Of a stretch of DNA of 32,000 nt, positions 8,643 through 16,929 are shown one piece after another. The DNA is from Haloquadratum walsbyi C23. GTDB taxonomy: Archaea; Halobacteriota; Halobacteria; Halobacteriales; Haloferacaceae. Below the pieces are notes generated by a model. The model made no database searches. It saw only the letters and a list, made by a program, of their open reading frames with translations, and was not told the DNA's origin. Position numbers and translations under genes: made by a program. Each line of letters starts with the position of its first letter. The stretch's first letter is position 1. Location of the stretch: NCBI RefSeq assembly GCF_000237865.1, contig NC_017459.1, forward strand, positions 2,400,001 through 2,432,000, written 5' to 3'.

Positions 8643-8966
8643 TCAAGCCTCGCTTTCGGTCCCAACAAATTCCTCTGCACCCTCATACGACCAAAGGTCA
8701 CCCTGGCGCATCGCACGTCCAAGTGCTTGATGAAATTCGATAAAGTCCACGAACTCTGCTTCTTCAACGTGTTCGAACACGTCAGCAACCGAAATAACGG
8801 TCTCATTATCAATACGAACTGGGTGATTGCCGTATTCGCTGACGAATGCGTCGCAATCAAGCGGGAAATCCTCATCTTCGTTTACTTTCTTTGCAATCAC
8901 GGCATGCCCATACTTTCGACGCCCTTCTGAGCCCTGCTCTCCATCGGGATCATGTGGCCACTCCAT
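8643..8966 (-). CDS. small conserved acidic haloarchaeal protein of unknown function (resembles the family I recall as DUF5785; from memory, unverified)
   Basis: 107 aa, very acidic, with no overlapping better ORF. The sequence MEWPHDPDGEQGSEGRRKYGHAVIAKKVNEDEDFPLD...HPVRID...VADVFEHVEE has typical haloarchaeal composition. Confidence 0.6.
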   Translation of the reverse strand: MEWPHDPDGEQGSEGRRKYGHAVIAKKVNEDEDFPLDCDAFVSEYGNHPVRIDNETVISVADVFEHVEEAEFVDFIEFHQALGRAMRQGDLWSYEGAEEFVGTESEA

Positions 8967-9252
8967 ATACTCGCGTTTGCACTCTATGACAAAGCCGTTA
9001 CGGAATGATTGGGCTATATGTACATCAGCGATATCTCTGCACGTTCTTTATCGGCTCTATACCGCGATAGATGAGTCAATATAGAGGGAATGTTGATTGG
9101 GTATACCGGATATGTAATAGGATCAATCAGAGTGTATGAATTGGTGACATGAAATATAATAGATAGACACATAAACAGTGAGTAAGTATATCTGAGTGTC
9201 AAATAGTCATAGAGATATACGTTTTCTGAGGAACAAATACGACCCATCATAG

Positions 9253-9462
9253 ATTAGGAGAGACGACAACCACCACGAGAAGGTTCAGCGCGTGAGATCA
9301 TGGTCCACGGGGGAGGTCGTCTGGGAGATTTACAGCATCATCTAGGAGGTCAGCGACATCGGCGTCGAGGACGTGTTCATCGACCTGCTCAACACCGCGA
9401 ACGTCTCACACGACAACATCAACAAGCTCTGCCGCGGGACGAACACCACGCCAGAGAAGTGA
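9253..9462 (+). pseudogene. short GC-rich coding remnant with an in-frame stop (unidentified gene fragment)
   Basis: Frame 1 reads ...RSWSTGEVVWEIYSII*EVSDIGVEDVFIDLLNTANVSHDNINKLCRGTNTTPEK*. Nearly every third codon position is G or C, unlike the AT-rich surroundings. In-frame TAG at 9343-9345, no plausible start. Confidence 0.3.
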
Positions 9463-9675
9463 AAGAAGAATTGCAGATCCGTTGGAGGGTATTGAATCAT
9501 TTGATGATGACCCAGGATCGGTAATTTCGTCGATAATGAGTTCTTTGTGGAACGCCGCAGGAAGACGGGATACTGCAGATATTTAGATCCGATATATAAG
9601 CTGTCGCTTGCTGTCAAGGCCGGAACGACGTGGACGTAGTGTGTTTTAATTCGGTCAGTCCCCTATGTCAATAAG

Positions 9676-10524
9676 ATGACTGCCCGCGTCTACTATCATC
9701 ATCCCGAGGATACTCAATATTCTCTCGCGTATGTCACTCAAGATAGAGATGAAATAACGATATCCGGGCAAGATGCGATTATTGAGCGCTATGATTTCGA
9801 TGAGGAGTTCTTTGTACTATATACGAATCACGGAGCGAGCGGTACGGTTGAGGACCTCGACGACGAGTTCGAAGATGTCCTCGATGAGATGTCACCGCAG
9901 GACCGGACAATTACGGTGCGGTTGCTTCAGATATTCGAGGAGATCGTCGATGAAAAGCAGTTGGAAGAGGAAGCGAAGCTCGAAATTTACAAGCAGATCG
10001 AATTAGAGCGGATTCCCGACGCCATCGAACACGTTGATTGGAACGGTACCGCTGTCGATGTCGCAGGGCAACTTATGTCCACGCTGATTCTGAAATATGC
10101 GCTACCCAACGCGAATCATCGAACTTCAATCGGTATTGCTCAGTGGTATCTGGAGAGCATCGAAACCGGATTTTCATTTCCTGACTTTGCAACCGAAGCG
10201 TACGACTGGAAGGCGTGGGTCAACGGATACATTACCGAATCGAAGCGACTTCTCACGGTGAGACGGAACACGACTGCGTTCTCGTTACTTTCTGATTGGG
10301 GGTGTGATACCGTCGCACGGAAGAATGGTATCGAGATTGTTCTTACGGAGTACGACCTCAATTTCACCCGTTCAGAAGCGTACGCGCACTATGGCGATGT
10401 GCATACCGAACTCTGTACGGACTTCCTCGTCGAATCCGCCACACGTGCTGGACACGACGAACTCACCAGTACCGAAGGTATCAGAAAAGCGGAGTTCGTC
10501 TCGTTCCTTGAAGAGACAGAATAA
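9676..10524 (+). CDS. hypothetical acidic protein, 282 aa
   Basis: Long ORF with halophile-like acidic composition (DEEFFVLY, EDLDDEFEDVLDEM). I recognise no confident family. It contains YALPNANHRTS (10096-10122), weakly reminiscent of a Doc/Fic core motif. Confidence 0.6.
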   Translation: MTARVYYHHPEDTQYSLAYVTQDRDEITISGQDAIIERYDFDEEFFVLYTNHGASGTVEDLDDEFEDVLDEMSPQDRTITVRLLQIFEEIVDEKQLEEEAKLEIYKQIELERIPDAIEHVDWNGTAVDVAGQLMSTLILKYALPNANHRTSIGIAQWYLESIETGFSFPDFATEAYDWKAWVNGYITESKRLLTVRRNTTAFSLLSDWGCDTVARKNGIEIVLTEYDLNFTRSEAYAHYGDVHTELCTDFLVESATRAGHDELTSTEGIRKAEFVSFLEETE

Positions 10525-10528
10525 CGCG

Positions 10529-10633
10529 TTAGTCTTGAAGATTCGCGACAGTGCGCCCAAGCTCCCGGGCATATTCGCTCTCGGTTACGTCATACCGCTC
10601 TTCTAATAAGCGGAGTTGTTCGTGGAAGGTCAT
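10529..10633 (-). CDS. candidate micro-ORF (34 aa), possibly a truncated HTH-like remnant
   Basis: Not in the ORF track because it is under 60 aa. ATG at 10633, TAA at 10531-10529, product MTFHEQLRLLEERYDVTESEYARELGRTVANLQD. Acidic. A TAAATTAAA element lies about 17-25 nt upstream on the minus strand. Convergent with the 282-aa gene. Confidence 0.3.
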   Translation of the reverse strand: MTFHEQLRLLEERYDVTESEYARELGRTVANLQD

Positions 10634-10957
10634 TGTTAGTCTTGGTTTAATTTAGGTGGTTCCTAGATAAGAAGTTTTCCCGCTGGCAAGGGTGATGTTC
10701 AGAAGAATGAAACGGTCAGAACCGATATCCTATATTCACTCTGGATGTGGAGAGCGTGTCATACAATGGTTTTCAACCAGAATATTTCGCAGGTTGGTGA
10801 CTGAATAGAGACAAGAATACGATTTTTGCCGACTCAAACACGACTCGCGCGTTTGAGGTAGACACGGTCAAGGAGAATTCTGATGTCACACTGGATCCGA
10901 CAGTGAACTCGGACACTGAAGCTAACCGATGCCATTCACGCTAAATCAATTGCTGGC

Positions 10958-11527
10958 ATGAATCGGGCAGTCATCCGACTCCGTGAGCGTATGTATCAAC
11001 ATGAAATCAATAAGGGCGTGAATGCTCGACAATCATTCGATGCATCATTCCCAGACGCCGATGGTGAGGTCGCCTCTGTCCGCGCAACGCTTGATAATAA
11101 GGCGCGTCTCTCACGCCAGTATGAAGCAGTCGAATCACTGCTTGAGGCTGATATCACACCGGCACAGATCTGTGGATTAACGCCAGCAGATATCGATATT
11201 CACACTGGTGATGATCGCCGCTCTAAGCATGCATTTGCGGCTGTCTATCTTGAATCGGAATCATTTGCAGTGACTGTTCCAGCGCGTCCGCTTGATCGGT
11301 ATCTCCGAAAGGCGCGAACAGTCGAATATATTACCTCAGAGAATGACACGCTGTTTCGCACACCTGAGGGCGAACCGGTCTCGGTTGAGAACTTTGAGCT
11401 CGTCCATCGACGAGGAAGGCTTGCACAGACGAATATGACTGGACAGGGTGGTGTCTGTGATGCGCTCAATGAAAGCCGTCGAGACAAACTCAATCGCGAT
11501 ACACCAGTCGCTGCGGATGCTGATTAG
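10958..11527 (+). CDS. tyrosine-recombinase (phage integrase)-like protein, degenerate/truncated
   Basis: 189 aa. The segment ICGLTPADIDIH...AVYLESE..VTVPARPLDRYLRKAR...DTLFRTPEGEPVSVENF follows the box-I to mid-domain layout of XerC/D-like integrases (GLR..E...L...DID...V.VP..L..YL....LF....G.P.S). The box-I Arg is Thr (GLT), and no HxxR or catalytic Tyr region follows. Confidence 0.4.
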   Translation: MNRAVIRLRERMYQHEINKGVNARQSFDASFPDADGEVASVRATLDNKARLSRQYEAVESLLEADITPAQICGLTPADIDIHTGDDRRSKHAFAAVYLESESFAVTVPARPLDRYLRKARTVEYITSENDTLFRTPEGEPVSVENFELVHRRGRLAQTNMTGQGGVCDALNESRRDKLNRDTPVAADAD

Positions 11528-11738
11528 CTGTATTCGAAATTAAATACTAGAGACAGTTTAGTATCGAATATTCGGTATTTTTGATGTCATGATCTGGTGA
11601 TAATCCAACTTTTTTCTGTAGATTTGTGCTGGTGTTTGTGAGGATGTGGGTAGTGCTTTGAGACTAATGAACAGTATTGTCGATTAAGACTACATAATAC
11701 TCTATTGTGTATTAGAGACCGTCGAGAAGAAACGCATG

Positions 11739-11822
11739 CGGTGGGACTGGGATTTGAACCCAGGAGGCCATATGGCCACCTGCTCTCAAGGCAGGCGCGT
11801 TAGTCCACTCCGCCATCCCACC
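11739..11822 (-). tRNA. tRNA-Ser (anticodon UGA), type II with long variable arm
   Basis: Reverse complement folds by hand: acceptor GGTGGGA/TCCCACC, D arm GCG..CGC, anticodon stem CCTGC/GCAGG with loop CTTGAGA (anticodon TGA). The variable arm is GGCC-ATAT-GGCC and the T arm is CTGGG-TTCAAAT-CCCAG, with discriminator G. No encoded CCA. Confidence 0.9.
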
Positions 11823-12171
11823 TATGCTTATTATAGTATGTTCCGATGATTAATGATTGTCGGTCGCGGTCGAGAACGGTCGGTGTTTTATTATTGATTG
11901 TGATGTTCGTGTGGTTGCTCTTTTTTTCACGAGATCAGATTAGTCACTTTGTTGCGTTGGTGAACCTTTCTAATGGACTCATGATCAGCAAGCTCCGTGG
12001 AGTCGTGTATCATCGTATAAGAGGACTCTTTCAGACCTGTGTCAAGAGGGTATTCGTAGAGAAACTCAGGATAATTTCAGGCGAGTGTATGTTCTTACAC
12101 TTTTATCGGACCATGCCTACCGATGAGCGAAACAAAACTATTACTTCTATTGGATTGACACACAAGAATAG

Positions 12172-13635
12172 ATGAATTCCGGATGGCAGTATCGAGCTGC
12201 GAGCACTGTGGGGGTTGCGTTGCTCACTGCAGCGGCGGTGGTTATTGTGAATAGCGGGACGGTACAGTCATGGCTCGGAATGATGCCAGTGCTCTCGCGA
12301 TTGCCACCGGATCCACCTGGGGGATCGGAGTACCTGATTGAGGTCGGATTGACCGTTCTGGCTGTCACTGGAGCGCTTCTCCCATTGTACAAGCCGCGAC
12401 CACGACGAATCCTTGACATCGTTATGTCGGCGCATAAACGCGTGTTCGCTGCCGTCTTTGCACTTGCGACAATCGGATATTTCGATTATACGTATAAACT
12501 CCCGCGGCTCACGCTTGTGGCTGCGACACCGATTCTGCTCGTGATACTGCCTACCTGGTTAGTGTGGTTGCGGCGACCTGAAACAGACAGCCAGCGAACG
12601 ATTATCGTAGGTGATGACTTCGAGCAGATTGCGAGTATTACTCAAGAGAGTAATCTCTCGCTGTTGGGATATCTGTGTCCGACACCGACACTGGCAGTCA
12701 GTAGTGGGAGTGAGGTTAGCAAGAGAGGATCAGAAACATCGGTCGTCTCTGATGGTGGCTATGAGGCGATTGGAATTGATCGACTCGGTGGGTTATCACG
12801 GCTGGAGGAGACGCTGATTGAATACGATATCGACACCGTGGTACTAGCATTCGCAGAGACCGACCGAGCGGAGTTCTTTGGAGCGCTTGATAGGTGTTAT
12901 GACCATGGGATTAGGGTAAAGATGCATCAAGCGTGTGCAGATACGGTATTGACTGCGACAGCAGAACCCGAGGGGCCACTGGTTGATGTTGCGATTGAGC
13001 CATGGGATATCCAAGAATACGTACTTAAGCGAGTCTTCGATATGGTCTTTGCAGCGAGCGGGCTCTTTGTGTTGACGCCAGTAATCGTGGTGATTGCAGT
13101 GGCGATCAAGCTTGACAGTCTAGGACCAGTGCTATATCAACAGGACCGAACCGCGACATTTGGCGAGACGTTCCCGATATATAAATTTCGGAGCATGATT
13201 CCAGATGCAGAAGCCGAAACAGGTGTCAAATTGAGCGAAGAGGATACGGGTGGGATTGATCCTCGGGTGACTCGGGTTGGTCGATTTCTTCGGGCGACAC
13301 ACCTCGATGAAATTCCACAGTTATGGTCGATCTTACGAGGGGATATGAGTGTGGTCGGGCCGCGACCGGAGCGACCGGAGATTGATATGGAAATTCAGAC
13401 TACTGAAGTAGACTGGAGTAAGCGCTGGTTCATTAAGCCAGGATTGACTGGGCTGGCACAGATCAATGACGCGACCGGTCACGAACCGCAGGTAAAACTC
13501 CGATACGACATCCAGTACGTCCGCGAGCAGTCTTTCATTTATGATATGAAGATTGTGATACGACAAATCTGGATAGTCATTCTTGATGCAGTGAGTGTTG
13601 TGCTCGGTCGCTCAAGGGAGGATTCAGACGATTGA
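12172..13635 (+). CDS. polyprenyl-phosphate phosphoglycosyl transferase, WbaP/WcaJ-like (Bac_transf family)
   Basis: 487 aa. Hydrophobic N-terminal segments, a central soluble domain and a C-terminal catalytic domain. That domain carries KRVFDMVFA..GLFVLTPVIVVIAVAIKLDS.GPVLYQQDR.....FPIYKFRSM....E and DEIPQLWSILRGDMSVVGPRPERPE, the hallmark blocks of bacterial sugar transferases. Confidence 0.9.
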   Translation: MNSGWQYRAASTVGVALLTAAAVVIVNSGTVQSWLGMMPVLSRLPPDPPGGSEYLIEVGLTVLAVTGALLPLYKPRPRRILDIVMSAHKRVFAAVFALATIGYFDYTYKLPRLTLVAATPILLVILPTWLVWLRRPETDSQRTIIVGDDFEQIASITQESNLSLLGYLCPTPTLAVSSGSEVSKRGSETSVVSDGGYEAIGIDRLGGLSRLEETLIEYDIDTVVLAFAETDRAEFFGALDRCYDHGIRVKMHQACADTVLTATAEPEGPLVDVAIEPWDIQEYVLKRVFDMVFAASGLFVLTPVIVVIAVAIKLDSLGPVLYQQDRTATFGETFPIYKFRSMIPDAEAETGVKLSEEDTGGIDPRVTRVGRFLRATHLDEIPQLWSILRGDMSVVGPRPERPEIDMEIQTTEVDWSKRWFIKPGLTGLAQINDATGHEPQVKLRYDIQYVREQSFIYDMKIVIRQIWIVILDAVSVVLGRSREDSDD

Positions 13636-13742
13636 AACTGTTGCGGAACTATGAGTACGCATTCTGACTGGAGTCAACACGTCGATAGTTCAGAATAAGC
13701 GGATACTTTTGGCTGGCGGGATTCATCAGAAGCCACCTTTAC

Positions 13743-14297
13743 TCACCGACAGAGATACTGATACACTCCGGGCGGATTAATCTCGTTCATCGCTGAGCGG
13801 ATCTCACTTCGAAGTTCGTCAATTTCTCCAAAGTACTGATTACCAAGAGCTGATCTGAGTTGCCGCCAACACTCTTTGGTTGGGTTCAGCTTAGCCATCC
13901 CAGTCGGGAGATATAGAAGCTCTAGCTTCGATTTCTCGGCAAATTCTTTGACTTTCTTCGCTGTGAAATAGGAACCCTTGTCGAGAACCACGAGCAGCTT
14001 CTCTCCGAATCTTGCCTGAAGTGATTTGAGAAATCGAACCGTTGTTTCCTTGGTGAACGAACCAGCGCATTCCAAAAACAGTGTCTCACCGTCCTCGGTG
14101 AGACCGCCCAAGAAATTGATTCCATCACGAGAGGCCGACACCTTCACTGTCGGCCTCTCGTCAATCGGAAACCACGCATATCTGAGATCAGCTCCAACCG
14201 ATTTCCTGAACTGATCAATCGTTACGACCAGCCTGTCTTCATCCCGTCTCCCGACTTTTTTTGAGCTCGTCGTCGTACCGCTCAAGATCTTCCTCAT
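13743..14297 (-). CDS. IS630-family transposase, DDE catalytic part (orfB), +1 frame relative to orfA
   Basis: 184 aa. DDE_3-like blocks LVVTIDQF, LLVVLDKGSYF and LYLPTGMAKLNPTKECW. It overlaps orfA by 59 nt. The frames join if the A7 run is read as A6 (...DDELKK|VGRRDEDRLVV...). Confidence 0.85.
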   Translation of the reverse strand: MRKILSGTTTSSKKVGRRDEDRLVVTIDQFRKSVGADLRYAWFPIDERPTVKVSASRDGINFLGGLTEDGETLFLECAGSFTKETTVRFLKSLQARFGEKLLVVLDKGSYFTAKKVKEFAEKSKLELLYLPTGMAKLNPTKECWRQLRSALGNQYFGEIDELRSEIRSAMNEINPPGVYQYLCR

Positions 14298-14763
14298 CAG
14301 CTGAGGCTGGTTCTGGCCGAGGTTTCTTCCAGGAAACCTCGGCCTCTCTCATTAGTCGCTGAACGTGACGCCGGGAATGTGCAACATCAAACTCAGATAT
14401 GAGGTGTTGTTGAGCAAGTATACTCGACCAAGCAGCCACGTCGTATCCAGCCTCTTCGGGTGATTGGTTGAGTGTTTCAGCAAATTGGTGGAACTGTTCG
14501 TCAGAGAGTTCAGGTGGTCTTCCTGACCGTTCGTCGTCATAGAGCGCGTCTTCAAAGTCGCGCTCTTCGAAGCGATCTAACCAGTTGTACACTGTCTGAC
14601 GAGGCCACCCGTATTTTTCCTCAATACCACCTGGAGATAGCCCAGCGAGATATTCGCGTGCAGCAGTAAGACGCTTGATTGCTTTCGGATCACGCTCGTC
14701 CGCGAGTTGCTCGCGGACGCGCTCAACTGAAAGATCGGGAATCTTGTTCCCGTCCTTGACCAT
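14239..14763 (-). CDS. IS630-family transposase, N-terminal HTH part (orfA)
   Basis: 174 aa. Paired HTH regions (LSPGGIEEKYGWPRQTVYNWLDRFEE; AAWSSILAQQHLISEFDVAHSRRHVQRLMREA). Ends just after an A7 run (T-run 14256-14262 on the plus strand). Confidence 0.85.
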   Translation of the reverse strand: MVKDGNKIPDLSVERVREQLADERDPKAIKRLTAAREYLAGLSPGGIEEKYGWPRQTVYNWLDRFEERDFEDALYDDERSGRPPELSDEQFHQFAETLNQSPEEAGYDVAAWSSILAQQHLISEFDVAHSRRHVQRLMREAEVSWKKPRPEPASADEEDLERYDDELKKSRETG

Positions 14764-15736
14764 ACATAAACAAGGTTCCTCCGTGTATCAAAACTTTCGG
14801 CGTCAAGTATTGTTGAGACAGTGACTGAGCACACTAAACTAGTAGTATTTGACAATCTCTCGGCTGTGTAATCAGGTTCACACACACGACTCTCGTGATC
14901 GTTTACTGGAGAAAGCTCCAGTGCTACCTGCGCGACTCGATAATCTTAGAATGAATCTGTTTAAATATCTATATGAATACACCATCGCGTATAAGACCTA
15001 ATTTATTATTCAAATGATACGACGATATTTACTCAGTCGGATCTGCAGCACCGTGGGGATTCGAGTCCCACCTCAGAAGCGATTCATAAATGACCTGAAA
15101 TCTTTGAAAAGTCATATTTATTATGGTTTCCTCGATATAAAAAGCACGCAAATGATGAGGGAACGGTTCGAGTTATGAATTGACGAGTCATGAATTATAG
15201 GTCTGCCGGTAATTACATGCTCTGATAGTGATTAGTTCGAATAGTTTCACCGGCGGTGTCGAATGACGCGGGTTCAGCGTCTCATATCACGGCACGGATA
15301 ATCACGGCGGTAAAGACTCGCACTAATACCTATGAGGTGGTCACGCCTTTCAGGTCTGCTACCGAAAACTCACACTCAAACCCAGGTGTTTCAGTTAGGC
15401 CATTTAGCTTGCCCGAGCCAACCTCAGAGCAATGATAAGATGTCAGAAGAAGTGGACGATGCGATCGGCACTTTATTTTGTTGCTGAGCTTTTTTGCTTT
15501 CATCCTGATTCTAGTCCTTGGCTTTGGATTGCAGTGATGTTGTTATTTAAAAGGCTAGTTTATATATCAATGGCCGTAGCCACACTCACTGCTAGACAGC
15601 CTCAATATTTTTGTTCCGCAAATACATGTTGAGTGAATCATCTTGAATCAAGCCGCAAAGCCCTCTCGAACAATGACGCGACTTACTCCCGTAAGGGAGA
15701 GAGGGGATATACGCTCGTCTCTCTATCAGCAGTTTC

Positions 15737-15743
15737 ATTATAT
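15737..15743 (+). promoter_or_regulatory. putative TATA box for the GT4 gene
   Basis: ATTATAT lies about 24-30 nt upstream of the ATG at 15767 (ttcATTATATctggacaaatattgggaacaaagATG). Confidence 0.3.
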
Positions 15744-15766
15744 CTGGACAAATATTGGGAACAAAG

Positions 15767-16858
15767 ATGCGCATTCTCCGGGTAACCCAGAAAACATATC
15801 CTGAGGTGAAAGGTGGTGCGTCCTACCACACCCATGCTCTGAGTCGGGATCAAACCAAAATGGGTCACGATGTGACGTTACTCACGATCCGGCAAGACAG
15901 TTCATTGCCACACATTGAAGAACGCGATGGGTATACTGTGGTTCGGTTTGATTCATTCTGTTCACCACTAGGAAACCATATTAGTCTCGGGTTGGCACAG
16001 TATCTACAGAACGCGGATAACTTTGATGTAATCCACGCACACTCACATTTATATTTTGCAACAAATTTAGCGGCAGTGAAACGACACCTAGGGCACACAC
16101 CATTGGCAATCACAAACCACGGGTTGTTTAGTCAAAATGCGCCGGAGTGGGTTTTTAAATTGTATCTGCAGACAGTTGGTCGCTGGACATTCAATCAAGC
16201 CGATCAAATCTTTTGTTATACGGAAGAGGATAAATGTCGCGTGCGTGACCTCGGTGTTCGGAGTCCGATTGCGGTTGTCTCGAATGGGATCGATACCGAG
16301 CGGTTCACGACCGATGGTGCCGAGAGTGAATCGATCGATGCTGATGGACCAGTCGTATTATTTGTTGGACGGTTCGTTGAGGGGAAACGACCACAACTGG
16401 CGGTTGAGGCGTTTGCGAAGGTCACAGAGTCAAAGCCAGATGCAGAACTGTATCTCTGTGGAGAGGGGCCACTACGCGAGGCGTTAGAACATCGAGCAGC
16501 GGAGTTGGGTGTTAGAGAGGGAGTGACGTTTCTCGGGCAGGTTCCCTACGAAGAGATGCCCAGCGTGTATCGGTCGGCCGATGTGTTGGTATTGCCAAGT
16601 CGCGCCGAGGGCGTGCCACGAACGATCATGGAGGCACTGTCGTCGGGCGTTCCCGTCGTGAGTTCGGATCTTCCGCAGGTTCGATCGGCGTTTGGTGAGG
16701 CTGTAGCGTATGTGGGATCTGGAGACGGTACTTTATTTGGTGATCGGCTATCTAGCGTTTTGGATCGATCCACGGTTGGTTTCTTAGATAGCGCGTTTCA
16801 GTGGAAACAGACGGTTGAGGAAACGACAGCAGCATTGCAAAGGATTGCATTGTCGTAG
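15767..16858 (+). CDS. glycosyltransferase, family 4 (GT-B fold)
   Basis: The track ORF starts at a TTG (15755). The first ATG at 15767 gives MRILRVTQ..., typical of GT4. The C-terminal Glycos_transf_1 signature is present (FVGRFVEGKR...LVLPSRAEGVPRTIMEALSSGVPVVSSD). Confidence 0.85.
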   Translation: MRILRVTQKTYPEVKGGASYHTHALSRDQTKMGHDVTLLTIRQDSSLPHIEERDGYTVVRFDSFCSPLGNHISLGLAQYLQNADNFDVIHAHSHLYFATNLAAVKRHLGHTPLAITNHGLFSQNAPEWVFKLYLQTVGRWTFNQADQIFCYTEEDKCRVRDLGVRSPIAVVSNGIDTERFTTDGAESESIDADGPVVLFVGRFVEGKRPQLAVEAFAKVTESKPDAELYLCGEGPLREALEHRAAELGVREGVTFLGQVPYEEMPSVYRSADVLVLPSRAEGVPRTIMEALSSGVPVVSSDLPQVRSAFGEAVAYVGSGDGTLFGDRLSSVLDRSTVGFLDSAFQWKQTVEETTAALQRIALS

Positions 16859-16929
16859 CCCTCTCCGTATCGAATGTACATAGCTGTGGAGCCAGAGTAA
16901 AGCCTCTCAGTGTCGAATTTGAAAATAGT

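Larger units (their letters stand above)
13700..14880 (-). mobile_element. IS630-family insertion sequence (boundaries approximate; terminal repeats not resolved)
   Basis: Two overlapping ORFs encode the HTH and DDE halves of an IS630/Tc1-type transposase. I could not identify convincing inverted repeats or the TA duplication by eye, so the ends are estimates. Confidence 0.65.

Noticed and set aside
8567-8875. 102-aa ORF overlapping the 107-aa acidic gene in another frame
   Set aside because: It is basic and Cys-containing and lies out of frame within the better-supported acidic ORF 8643-8966.
9300-9524. 74-aa Arg/His-rich ORF
   Set aside because: It is the wrong reading frame of the GC-rich remnant. 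The frame with GC3 bias and acidic sequence is a different one and is interrupted by a stop.
4883-11738. Direct repeat of the tRNA-Ser 3' end (attL/attR) that would delimit an integrated element
   Set aside because: Scanning by eye, I found no second copy of GGGACTGGGATTTGAACC or its complement in the window. The element hypothesis is therefore kept only as inference in the findings.
11846-12175. 109-aa ORF between the tRNA and the sugar transferase gene
   Set aside because: It is hydrophobic and basic with no halophilic signature, and it occupies the promoter region of the 487-aa gene. It is probably spurious.
13640-14900. Terminal inverted repeats and TA duplication of the IS630 element
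   Set aside because: The best candidate pair (GCGGATACTTTTGG at about 13700 versus the complement of TCAAAACTTTCGGC at about 14788) matches at only 10 of 14 positions and does not extend. That is not convincing, so the ends are left approximate.
15040-15076. tRNA-like T-arm (TGGGG-ATTCGAG-TCCCA followed by CCTCAGA), considered as a tRNA fragment or att site
   Set aside because: The loop starts with A instead of the invariant T54. No matching 5' acceptor, D arm or anticodon arm lies upstream. The only TCTGAGG nearby (about 15425, opposite strand) does not fold into a tRNA. The match is too weak.
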